A stretch of DNA of 64,000 nucleotides from the NCBI GenBank assembly GCA_002269645.1, contig NIVC01000733.1, positions 62,001 to 126,000 on the forward strand. Direction: 5' to 3'. Positions 36,300 to 53,764 of this stretch are shown here, piece after piece. The first letter of the stretch is position 1, and each line of letters opens with the position of its first letter. A program made the translations under genes and the position numbers. Source of the stretch: Macrostomum lignano. Taxonomy: Eukaryota. The notes under the pieces are model-generated. The model saw only the letters and a program-made list of their open reading frames with translations, ran no database searches and was not told the origin of the DNA.

Positions 36300-37646
36300 C
36301 GCCCCCCCCCCACCCAGAGAGTCCCTCATGCGCTCCCACCCTCAGAGAGTTACTCATCCCGCCCCCGCCCCCCCTCGGAGAGTTACTCATCCGTCCCCCA
36401 GAGAGTCACTCATCCGCCCCCCTTAGAGAGTCACTCATCCGCCCCCTTAGAGAGTCACTCATCCGCCCCCCTTAGAGAGTCACTCATCCGCCCCCACCCA
36501 GAGAGTCACTCATCCCCCTTAGAGAGTCACTCATCCGCCCCGTCCCCACTCAGAGTGTCACTCATCCCCCCTCAGAGTGTCACTCTTCCGCCCCGTCCCC
36601 ACTCAGAGTGTCACTCTTCCGCCCCGTCCCCACTCAGAGTGTCACTCATCCCCCCTCAGAGTGTCACTCATCCCCCCTCAGAGTGTCACTCATCCGCCCC
36701 CCCCCCTCAGAGAGTCACTCATGCGCTCCCACCCAGAGAGTCACTCATCCGTCCCCAGAGAGTCACTCATCCGCCCCCCTTAGAGAGTCACTCATCCGTC
36801 CCCCAGAGAGTCACTCATCCGCCCCCCTTAGAGAGTCACTCATCCGCCCCCCTTAGAGAGTCACTCATCCGCCCCCCTTAGAGAGTCACTCATCCGCCCC
36901 CCTTAGAGAGTCACTCATCCGCCCCCCTTAGAGAGTCACTCATCCGCCCCCACCCAGAGAGTCACTCATCCCCCTTAGAGAGTCACTCATCCGCCCGTCC
37001 CCACTCAGAGTGTCACTCATCCCCCTCAGAGTGTCACTCTTCCGCCCCGTCCCCACTCAGAGTGTCACTCTTCCGCCCCGTCCCCACTCAGAGTGTCACT
37101 CATCCCCCCTCAGAGTGTCACTCATCCCCCTCAGAGTGTCACTCATCCGCCCCCCCCCCTCAGAGAGTCACTCATGCGCTCCCACCCAGAGAGTCACTCA
37201 TCCGCCCCCCTTAGAGAGTCACTCATCCGCCCCCTTAGAGAGTCACTCATCCGCCCCCCGTCAGAGAGTCACTCATCCCCCCCGTCAGAGTCACTCATCC
37301 CCCCGTCAGAGAGTCACTCATCTACCCGTCAGAGAGTCACTCATCCCCCCCGTCAGAGTCACTCATCTACCCGTCAGAGAGTCACTCATCCCCCCGTCAG
37401 AGAGTCACTCATCCCCCCGTCAGAGTCACTCATCTACCCGTCAGAGAGTCACTCATCCCCCCGTCAGAGAGTCACTCATCCCCCCCGTCAGAGAGTCACT
37501 CATCCCCCCGTCAGAGTCACTCATCCCCCGTCAGAGAGTCACTCATCTACCCGTCAGTGAGTCACTCATCCCCCCGTCAGAGAGTCACTCATCCCCCCGT
37601 CAGAGTCACTCATCCCCCCGTCAGAGTCACTCATCCCCCCGTCAGA
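36300..37646. repeat. 22-25-bp minisatellite (agagagtcactcatccgcccccctt)n upstream of the HIGD gene
   Basis: Array with polarised variant units along its length. Confidence 0.95.
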
Positions 37647-37783
37647 GCGCTTTTCTGCTTTTCTCTCGTATCTAGGAAATTTCTTAAGCATTGACAATGA
37701 GGCAAATAAAGTAGCCGTCAATTCAATCCACTATTTATTATTTTGCAGCTGGCAAACAATTCAAACTCGATCCAAGCCAAGCA

Positions 37784-38185
37784 ATGCCCGCCCCAGACAA
37801 AGAAGAACGGAAGCGTCAAAAAGCGGAATTAGAGGCTCGCTATCGAGCTAAACAAGAGTTAATAACTGGCGGTGCAAAGCCTAAACAGCCGCAGGCGTTC
37901 CTGCCTCCGCCTGACACTCTGTCACGTGATCTGGCTAGCGGCGTTGGCGATACAAGCCAAGAACGGCCTACTGGCATCAATCATGTTGTGCACAAAATGA
38001 AAGAGAATCCTTTAGTGCCGGGCGGTATGCTTCTAACCGTATTCGCTCTGGGCAACGGGTTGCGTTACATGATTAAAAGGAATAGCCAAGCTCAGCAGAC
38101 TATGATGCGATTGCGGGTGTTTGGTCAAGGCTTCACCATGGTGGCTTTGGTTGCTGGCACTGTGTTGCTGGCGTCTAAGAAGTGA
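37784..38185 (+). CDS. HIGD2A: HIG1-domain mitochondrial membrane protein (HIGD2A/Rcf1-like), single coding exon, 133 aa
   Basis: ORF contains KMKENPLVPGGMLLTVFALGNGL...NSQAQQTMMRLRVFGQGFTMVALVAG, the HIG1 family pattern (ENPLVP ... MMR.R..AQGFT) with two hydrophobic helices. The HIGD1 versus HIGD2 assignment is not certain. Confidence 0.85.
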   Translation: MPAPDKEERKRQKAELEARYRAKQELITGGAKPKQPQAFLPPPDTLSRDLASGVGDTSQERPTGINHVVHKMKENPLVPGGMLLTVFALGNGLRYMIKRNSQAQQTMMRLRVFGQGFTMVALVAGTVLLASKK

Positions 38186-38374
38186 TTCAGTAGTGATGTT
38201 GTAGCAATTGTTTTTTATAGTCTGTTTTCTGTGTGTGTGTGTGTGCGCGTCTTTCTACTCTGATTGTATTATCTGAATTTGGAGTTGGACACATTTTAGC
38301 GGCGTTTCATAGGGTCGCTTGTATTGAATTAGCTTGAGACTTCATAAGCTCCAAGTATCACAAGCTCGAAATAT

Positions 38375-38880
38375 CTCTCTCACCCCCCTATCTCCCTCTC
38401 ACCCCTATCTCCCTCTCCCCCTATCTCCCTCTCACCCCTATCTCCCTCTCACCCCTATCTTCCTCTCACCCCTATCTCCCTCTTCTCACTCCTAGCTCCC
38501 TCTCACCCCTATCTTCTCCCTCTCACCCCTATCCCCCTCTCACCCCTATCTTCTCCCTCTTCTCACTACTAGCTCCCTCTCACCCCTATCCCCCTCTCAC
38601 CCCTATCTTCTCCCTCTCACCCCTATCTCCCTCTCACCCATATCTCACTCCTCTCACTCCTATCTCCCTCTCACCCCCTATCTCCCTCTCACCCCTATCT
38701 TCCTCTCACCCCTATCTCCCTCTTCTCACTCCTAGCTCCCTCTCACCCCTATCTTCTCCCTCTTCTCACTACTAGCTGCCTCTCACCCCCTATCTCCCTC
38801 TCACCCCCTATCTTCCTCTCACCCTAGCTCCCTCTCATCCCTGTCTCCCTCTCACCCATACGTCCCTCTCGCCCATACCT
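38375..38880. repeat. ~17-bp pyrimidine-rich minisatellite (cacccctatctccctct)n
   Basis: Tandem array. Confidence 0.93.
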
Positions 38881-40079
38881 CCCTAACCCACAGAAGTTGC
38901 ACAAGTCTGCAGACTCCGTGTTTAGAAATTACCTAAAATTCAAGATTGTTAAAAGTCCTAAAATCCCAAGAATCCTTTTTAATTATAAATTAAAAAATGC
39001 AACCTAAATGAAATGGTATAAGCAAGCAGTATTTGGAATGACAAATTCTGTGTCCAGAGTGTTGGAGTGGTAGACAGATTAATTTAGTATCCATGTAGAA
39101 AAGTGCATTAGCAACTTTATAACAAAATAGTTCTAGAAAACAATATTCTACTGTAAATAAATAAATTAAATAGTTGCGACCTGATTACCTACTGTAAGTA
39201 GTTTTAAGTTTTAGTTTTTTGAGAAAAAATACAAAAAACAACTATCTGCCGGTGAAGAACTGTTTGAATTAATTAAATTTGATACCAGCTTATATTGGTG
39301 CCGATTTTTCTTTTGTTATAGTACTATATTGTTTCTATTTCTTAGGAATCAGTGTGAAGGCGGGTTTAACGTTAAGCTTTATTTGCTAATTAATAATTAC
39401 TAGGCATATTGTGTTATGCTCAGCAACCACCACTAGCAGTCTAAAAATGTCTGTTTTATGAATTATTAATAATCTAATACTATAACTCCTATGCTTTTTA
39501 TTGCTTAAACTCTAGTGCAAACAAACCAAAACTGTCGCAAAAGAAATAGTTTGCTCAGCCTCCCACTATTTGCTTCTTCTTCTTCTTCTTCTGTAATTCC
39601 AAGATGATGATGGAACTGCTGTCTGGTGCGATGCTTAGCCTTATTTGCTCGGCATAACATTTCCTGGAAAAATCGATTGAACATTTTATAGGAAACAAGT
39701 GTAGGCTCTGGTTGAAGTCCGTTTGCCTCTATAATGAGACAAATCGATATTTAAAGTATGTAGGCTCAGTAGCTTTGGGATTTCTTACAGTTTCCCGATT
39801 CTTAATTAGTCTCAAATTTCAAAAAAAAGAATGAAAAATGAACAGAAATTTAATCTGTATAAATTTTGTTACATTTCATTAGTGAGCTGATTATTTCATA
39901 AGGGAATGTATTGTTAGACTTGATGCTAGATTTGCTAGATGTCTACATTGCTTCCTGCGTATAGTTAACTAGATTTATTAATCTAACTATCTAATATTTA
40001 ATTTCGTGTCACGCGTAAGCTAGTTTTATTATCGCTCATGCGCCCGTCATAAACACACCCTTAGAATCTTAGAATCAGT

Positions 40080-40925
40080 CATACTCTAACCTGAGAATCG
40101 GTCATAAACATACTATGAGAATCGTTCATAAACCCAACCTGAGAATCGGTCATACACCCACCTTGATAATCGGTCATAAACATACTATGATAATGGGTCA
40201 TAAACCCAACCCGAGAATCGATCATAAACCCAACCTGAGAATCGGTCATAAACACAACCTGAGAATCGGTCATAAACACAACCTGAGAATCGGTCATAAA
40301 CCCAACCTGAGAATGGGTCATACACCCACCTTGATAATCGGTCATAAACATACTATGATAATGGGTCATAAACCCAACCCGAGAATCGATCATAAACCCA
40401 ACCTGAGAATCGGTCATAAACCCAACCTGAGAATCGGTCATAAACACAACCTGAGAATCGGTCATAAACACAACCTGAGAATCGGTCATAAACCCAACCT
40501 GAGAATCGGTCATAAACGCAACCTGAGAATCGGTCATAAACACAACCTGAGAATCGGTCATAAACCCAACCTGAGAATGGGTCATACACCCACCTTGATA
40601 ATCGGTCATAAACATACTATGATAATGGGTCATAAACCCAACCCGAGAATCGGTCATAAACCCAACCTGAGAATCGGTCATAAACACAACCTGAGAATCG
40701 GTCATAAACCCAACCTGAGAATCGGTCATAAACACAACCTGAGAATCGGTCATAAACACAACCTGAGAATCGGTCATAAACACAACCTGAGAATCGGTCA
40801 TAAACCCAACCTGAGAATCGGTCATAAACCCAACCTGAGAATCGGTCATAAACACAACCTGAGAATCGGTCATACACCCAACCTGAGAATCGGTCATAAA
40901 CCCACTTTGAGAATCGGTCATAAAC
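40080..40925. repeat. 24-bp minisatellite (aaacccaacctgagaatcggtcat)n immediately upstream of the Rab gene
   Basis: Tandem array. Confidence 0.96.
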
Positions 40926-40972
40926 CGCCTTGCTCATAACAGTATCATTATCTATTCCAGCAGTCAGCGCAG

Positions 40973-45052
<4,080 letters not shown>

Positions 45053-45159
45053 GCACACTGCAATTTCCGTTTGCAATGCTCTTTGATTCTACTGGGGTGT
45101 CATTTGTAGGGATTTAGTTCTGCTTGATTGCTTCACAAAAATTTCATCTTCCAGCTGAA

Positions 45160-45495
45160 TATCATTTTCCATTCATAATTATCCACCTTTCTGTCTACCT
45201 GCCTACCTTTTTTGATTTCCATTCATAATTATCTACTTTTCTGTCTACCTGTCTACCTTTTTTGATTTCCATTCATAATTATCTACTTTTCTGTCTACCT
45301 GTCTACTTTTTTATTTCCATTCATAATTATCTACCTTTCTGTCTACCTGTCTACTTTTTTATTTCCATTCATAATTATCTACCTTTCTGTCTACCTGTCT
45401 ACCTTTTTTGATTTCCATTCATAATTACCTACATTTCTGTCTACCTGTCTACTTCGTGTTCTCTATTGATAATTATCTACCTTTTGTCTACCTGT
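45160..45495. repeat. 50-bp tandem repeat, ~6 copies, in the putative Rab 3' UTR
   Basis: tttccattcataattatc... recurs at 45166, 45216, 45266 and onward. Confidence 0.92.
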
Positions 45496-45524
45496 GTAGA
45501 GATTATAGTTATTGTTTTCGTACC

Positions 45525-45530
45525 AATAAA
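45525..45530 (+). terminator. Candidate polyadenylation signal of the Rab gene
   Basis: AATAAA ~470 nt after the Rab stop, followed by AT/T-rich sequence. Confidence 0.4.
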
Positions 45531-45919
45531 ATCTTAAATATGAATTCTTGCAGTAGTTCAATTCAGTATTATATCAGCTACACTTACAATCAGATGTAAT
45601 TATTAAATAATTTTTTATTACAGATAAATGTACACAAAAGTTTTGTGCTGTCATTTTGTCGCTTTCAACGTTCAGAAAAAACTTTCTATTGTATGCATGC
45701 TCTGTAATGTTTTCCCGTGTCTACAAGTTGCGGTTAAAATGCGTCTTGTTTGTATATGATAATATTCTGTATCTTATTGAGATTTATTGTCGTTCAATCA
45801 GACAGCTTGTTTCATATTAAATTATTGCAATATATTGCTAATGTAAATATCACTTTCAGTGCCTTAGGAAAAGTGTAGAAATGCAGAAAGGTGGTAGCAA
45901 GGTTAGGAGTTAATATTAT

Positions 45920-46982
<1,063 letters not shown>

Positions 46983-47273
46983 TAATCCCTAGATTTGAAC
47001 CCTCTATTAAAAGATACCACCCTCCCCCTTAATATAACAATAGTTAATATTGGTGCATTCGTTTGTCTTTTGTCTCTGTCTTTATCTCTCGCTGATTTTG
47101 CGAGCCAACAAGTTTATAAAATCGGAACCTTAGTTGCCTGTCTAGTGTTATTGTTTTCCAATACTATTAAACAATTAATTCCTCAATTTTTTGGGAGCTT
47201 TAGATGATATTTTCGCTGTTAACCTGTTGTTATGAGCTTGCAATTCAATAAAAGTTTATAATAAGATCAGAAA

Positions 47274-47400
47274 ATGTCTGGCTTCCATTGCTGTGGCTCT
47301 GATGCTTATTTTGTCATCATCTCTGTTGGTTTCTTCTGCTTCTGGAAATGCCACTTATTCTGGTGCTACCCGATTTGGGTTAAGTGTGCTTGTCAGGTGT
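47274..47400 (+). pseudogene. Degenerate paralog of the 51123 secreted-peptide gene (signal-peptide remnant only)
   Basis: atgtctggcttccattgctgtggctctgatgcttattttgtcatcatctctgttggtttcttctgcttctgg aligns to the 51123 signal-peptide DNA (shifted frame SIAVALMLILSSSLLVSSASG versus LSLAALLLVSTLLVSSASA), but the ATG is out of frame with it. Flanking intron and 3' blocks (aatttttatgacaat...ctactataagta; tcaatgcggttggca; ttagaatatggaa) match copy B, while the Cys-coding region and exon 2 are absent. Confidence 0.7.
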
Positions 47401-47939
47401 AAATTATTTTTTGCCTTTATGATACTACTTTTATAAGTAGGTGACAATCGAGTTTCCTTTAATTTTTTATGAAATCCTGTAATTTTTATGACAATTTGCT
47501 TTTCTTCTACTATAAGTAATTTTTCACAAATTGGTGCTTAATGCGCGTGAGATAAAAAGTGACTGTGCAGTCGGCTGCGCCTTGCAGAGAGCACGATTAA
47601 AATTCTATTTGATTTTTTCTGCTTATTTCATGGTTTATAAAGTTTTTTCGATGCATATCTTCAAATTAAATTTAAAGACATTTTTACCAGGAATCATTAC
47701 TCCTGACAAAATCGTAATGGCTTTAATTTTTACTATTGTTTGTCAATGCGGTTGGCAATATAAATAAAATAAAACAGATTCTGTTTGGCCTGTCTAATTT
47801 TGCAAATTTGAGTTGCTTTTGTTTATTATTTGATGCTTTTGTTGTACTAGCATTGGTTTTAGAATATGGAAATCTGTGTGTGCATCTATCGGTTCTGTGC
47901 AGGCTGGGTTATTGGTGAGAACTGTTCTCTGTTCGTCTG

Positions 47940-48165
<226 letters not shown>

Positions 48166-48317
48166 AGTGTCACTTATTTTGAATACGAGTATTGTACTGC
48201 ACTCATTTGTATCTGGTTCCCTTATTTTTTAAAAGTTTAAATAAAGTTTCTGTACAAATCAATCAGACTTACATGCAGTTTATGTTTATATTGATTTCTA
48301 TTGCACTGAATTTGCAG

Positions 48318-48358
48318 AATCGCTGCCTTCGACTTGAGTTGTGTTAACGCATTTATAA
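48318..48358 (+). pseudogene. Degenerate duplicate of Rab exon 3
   Basis: tttgcag|aatcgctgccttcgacttgagttgtgttaacgcattt versus tttgcag|aatcgctgctgttgtggtcttcgacctgagtcgtgtggacacattc at 44078: 9-nt deletion, many substitutions, and the original donor is lost. Confidence 0.7.
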
Positions 48359-48779
48359 GTAAGCTATCTTTGTGTATCTTTGCACTATGCGCTACAGAGC
48401 TATAGACCATTAGCATTACGGAACAATTGCATTAGAACAGATATTTAGAAACGAGGGTTTTAAGTTTACCCCACTGTAATTACAGTGCTTTTTATCATCA
48501 TTTGTTTCTCCTTTTCATGTGCTCATATTTACGCCTTGAACCCTTTGTTGATGTAGATAGAACTTGTCTTCTTTTTCCTTTTTATCCTCTTTGATCTGTA
48601 GTAGATAAAAAAGTTGATAAAAATCTCTTTGCCGAGTCAAGTCAACGGAAATGGAATCTGGGCTTTCACTAGCTTATCAAACGCAACTTTGATATGCCTC
48701 AGCTTAGCTTTTGTTCATTATTTTAGTCCCTGTTACCGAAATGACAGGTTGTTGTCTTTCAAGTTCTTTCGGTTAGATA

Positions 48780-49024
48780 CAAAGGGTGCTAGCTGGGATA
48801 GTGATCGTTTGGGCACTACTTTGGCCGTAAGTTACAATTTCATAAGTTGCCATAGATATCACCACGTGATGGGCCATAACTCAGCTAATAAAAGTGCTAG
48901 AGAAAAAAATCAACACTCAACTAGACCATTGATAGTTTTTCTTTAAACTACCTGCTGTTTTACGCAATTTAGATGCTGTTGCAGAAAGTAGTGCCCAAAC
49001 GATCACTATCCCAGCTAGCACCTG
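48780..49024. mobile_element. MITE (~245 bp) with 38-bp perfect terminal inverted repeats, probably Tc1/mariner-derived
   Basis: 48785-48822 ggtgctagctgggatagtgatcgtttgggcactacttt is the exact reverse complement of 48985-49022. Flanked by TA on both sides (TA|ca...ctg|TA); no ORF inside. Confidence 0.8.
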
Positions 49025-49104
49025 TATATGTGTATTTGTATGTGTATTTGTATATGCCAATCCTCATATTGCAAAAGTATTTTGTACCCTACTTGATTAG
49101 CAAT

Positions 49105-49415
49105 TATCCCCAACCCGATTAGCGGTAATCTTCAATCCGATTAGCGATAATCCCCAATCCGATTAGCGATAATCTCCAACCCGATTAGCGATAATCTCCA
49201 ATCCATTAGCGATAATCTCCAACCTGATTAGCGATAATCTCCAATCTGATTAGCGATAATCTCCAATCTGATTAGCGATAATCTCCAACCAGTTAAGCGA
49301 TAATCCCCAACCAGATTAGCGATAATCCCCAATCCGATTAGCGATAATCTCCAATGCGATTAGCGATAATCTCCAATCCGATTAGTAATAATCTCCAACC
49401 AGATAAGCGATAATC
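49105..49415. repeat. 22-bp minisatellite (ccgattagcgataatctccaat)n
   Basis: About 14 units, each containing gatta-gcga-taatc. Confidence 0.93.
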
Positions 49416-50094
49416 CCAACTAGTTTAACAATTCTTGTGCGCTGTAGGTGGGAAAATAATTATCAAGAAAGTGCACTCAATAGTCTACTTGCTCAGATCC
49501 TTGAGTCCTTGTTTGTATTAAAATTCTTCAATAATGGTGAAGTGCAATTCCACAGACATTGCAAAGGACAAACGCTGTTAGCTTAATGCATAGCAAGTTT
49601 TGTTTATATGCTCTTAGAAATTGATTGATTGCACATGAATTCATCATTCTGTGATAGAAGTACTTTGATTAGCCTAGGTTTTTTTCTAACTACGAGCGTA
49701 GTTACTATCTGAGAAACTATATGGCGTAATTAATAATTAATTTAATGTAGTAGATAATCAGCTGATAAATTTAGCTCTGAATCAGTAAAGGTGCTATTTC
49801 ATTTACTCTAGGCTTATCTATATCGTAAACATTGTAATGTAAAATAGCTCCCACTAATGCTCAGTTGTTGTTCTTAACTTAGCACATTCTTCATTTTGAG
49901 TTACTGAGGGCAGAGTGGGGCCACATGGGATTGCGATCCTGCTGCTGCTGGGCACCCTCCAGCAGTCACATGGCTCTGGCCTCGGTGCATATCTTATGTT
50001 ATTGTGTCCCTAGCGTATTGGCTGCTAGTGTTTATCATTGTCATGATACTCTTAGTAACTTGCAGTTCCACCACTGCTCTGCTTCCATTCGCAG

Positions 50095-50843
<749 letters not shown>

Positions 50844-51122
50844 TCGTGGCCTTTGTGTTGGGAAAATTTTCCCCAGATGTAAGAGACTATGTTAGCTCTC
50901 TATTGGCTCAGCGGCTTCATTGGCTGCCGTGTCTTCCCTTATTCTCAGTCTCCCTCTCTCCATTCAACAAGCCTATAAAACTGCCTCCCTGACTGCCTGC
51001 TCAGCTCTCTTCGCTGCCAACTATTTTGTTATCGAAATTGAGGCGAGTTTTCCAACAGGAAACGACATTTTACGCTGGTTAATTATTTGTGATTATAAAA
51101 ATATAAGCTCTAGTTGAGGCCA

Positions 51123-51682
51123 ATGTCTCGCTTTGTTGTTCTGTCTCTGGCGGCCCTGCTGCTTGTGTCAACTCTGTTAGTTTCGTCTGCTTCTGCCGCC
51201 GTTGCTGCTTCTGGCGGTCCGCCGAGTCGCCCGTCGGCGGCCAGCAGCGCCAGGCAGTCGCAGTCGGCGATCGTTAAAGACGAGAACGCCGACGATTCCG
51301 CTATCCTACCGTTGGAATATTTCCCGCTTATGGAGCCCCACCATCGCTGCCTGTTTGTCTGCCGCTACTGCTACCAGCATAATGTAAATGCAATTGTCTT
51401 CTCTCTTAACACTACTTACTTGAATAAGTAGGCAATTAGCAAATTAACATTAAATTTTTTATTGCATTTACAAATTTTTATGACAATATGTTTTTATCCT
51501 ACTATAAGTAGTTTTTTTCAAAAAAAACGAGAAATATTCCGTTTCAGACCGCCGGCCTGCTGCACTGTGCCAACAATTGGTGCCTGGCCCGCGTTAAAAA
51601 CATGCTGAAACTGCCGCGTAGCGCCTACCGGGAGTGCCCGGCCATGGGCCTGGTTGACTTGGCCGGTCGAAGCGTCGCTTAA
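51123..51682 (+). CDS. Secreted cysteine-rich peptide precursor, 131 aa, eclosion-hormone-like Cys framework
   Basis: join(51123-51383, 51548-51682), phase-0 GT-AG intron. Hydrophobic signal peptide MSRFVVLSLAALLLVSTLLVSSASA, Ser/Ala-rich spacer, then RCLFVCRYCYQHN/TAGLLHCANNWCLARVKNMLKLPRSAYRECPAMG with 6 Cys (C-x3-C-x2-C-x10-C-x4-C-x17-C). Confidence is high for a secreted peptide and moderate for the family. Confidence 0.8.
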
Positions 51683-52154
51683 TTAAATGGGAACTTGTGA
51701 ACCTGCTGACCCCGAACTATTTAAACAGTAATGTTCTGCGTTTTTGTAGCGCTGACAATACGGATGAGACCATTTTTAACAAGTGCGCCGCGCGATAGCG
51801 GAGAATGCAAACCCAGAATAAGCACGAGAGGTGATTATATTGTCGAAAGAACGTTTTTTTCGATACATATCGTTCGGTAAGAATAATATCAAAATATATT
51901 AATAATCAAGACTAATCACCTCTGGTGGCTTCTAAACATTCGTAATAACATGATTATTAACATTATTGGTCAATGCGGTTGGCAAAATAATAAAGCAGAT
52001 TCCGTTTCGTCTGTGATGTTTGGCAGAATGATTCGTTTTGTTTGAATTATTTCACTTCACAGTACTTAGAATATGGAATGTGTGTAGGAATCCTGACCGA
52101 GCTCCGGCTATACATTGCCTGGGTTTTTCGGTGGGATCTGTCATAATTGACAGC

Positions 52155-53075
<921 letters not shown>

Positions 53076-53764
53076 AGCTAGGCGTCTATCTGGAAATTCT
53101 CAGTCCACTTGCATTGATCAACTGCTCCCACCCGTAGAGCTAGGAGTGGAATTTTATTAGCAAATTACCTCAAGCTTGTAATCAATGCCAATGCCAATTG
53201 ATTTCGGTTCACTTTCCTTTCACTTCAGTGCCTGTGTGTGTGCTTAGTTTCCTTCTCTCCATCTTATATCTGTTGTCTAGTTCCAATGCGTCTGAAATTG
53301 AATATTCTAGTAGAGAGCCGGTTCGCTGCTTACTCATTCGCCAGTCTCCCCGTCTGAAGTCTTGTGAGCTGTTCCCAGCGCACAGCACTATAGAGTGCGC
53401 CTCTTAGTCTTTTCGATTCTTGTTCTCCCGCTTGTGAGCTCAGCTGCATCTGGGCCGCCCGCGCATCCATCTCCATTTTTTGAGAACCGAGCTAATGGAA
53501 TTTTACAGACAAACCCCGCCTTGTTCGAGGCCTAAGTGCGTTTCACATTTTTTCTGTCTGTTTGTCCGTTCCGACGTCAGGAACTGCAAACTTACGGCTA
53601 GTCGAGAACTGGAGCAGAAAATTATGACAGTATCTATAGCCTAGCGTTATTGTAGTATAGGTTTGGAAATTTTTGTGCCAATAAATTTACATTAACTCTG
53701 GCAGTCTGTAACTTTGTGTTTTATTTTCTCTGTAGGTTTTTGTAGCAATAAAAAGTTCACGAGC

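Noticed and set aside
40079-40939. 274/280-aa antiparallel repeat ORFs
   Set aside because: 24-bp minisatellite open on both strands; no protein features.
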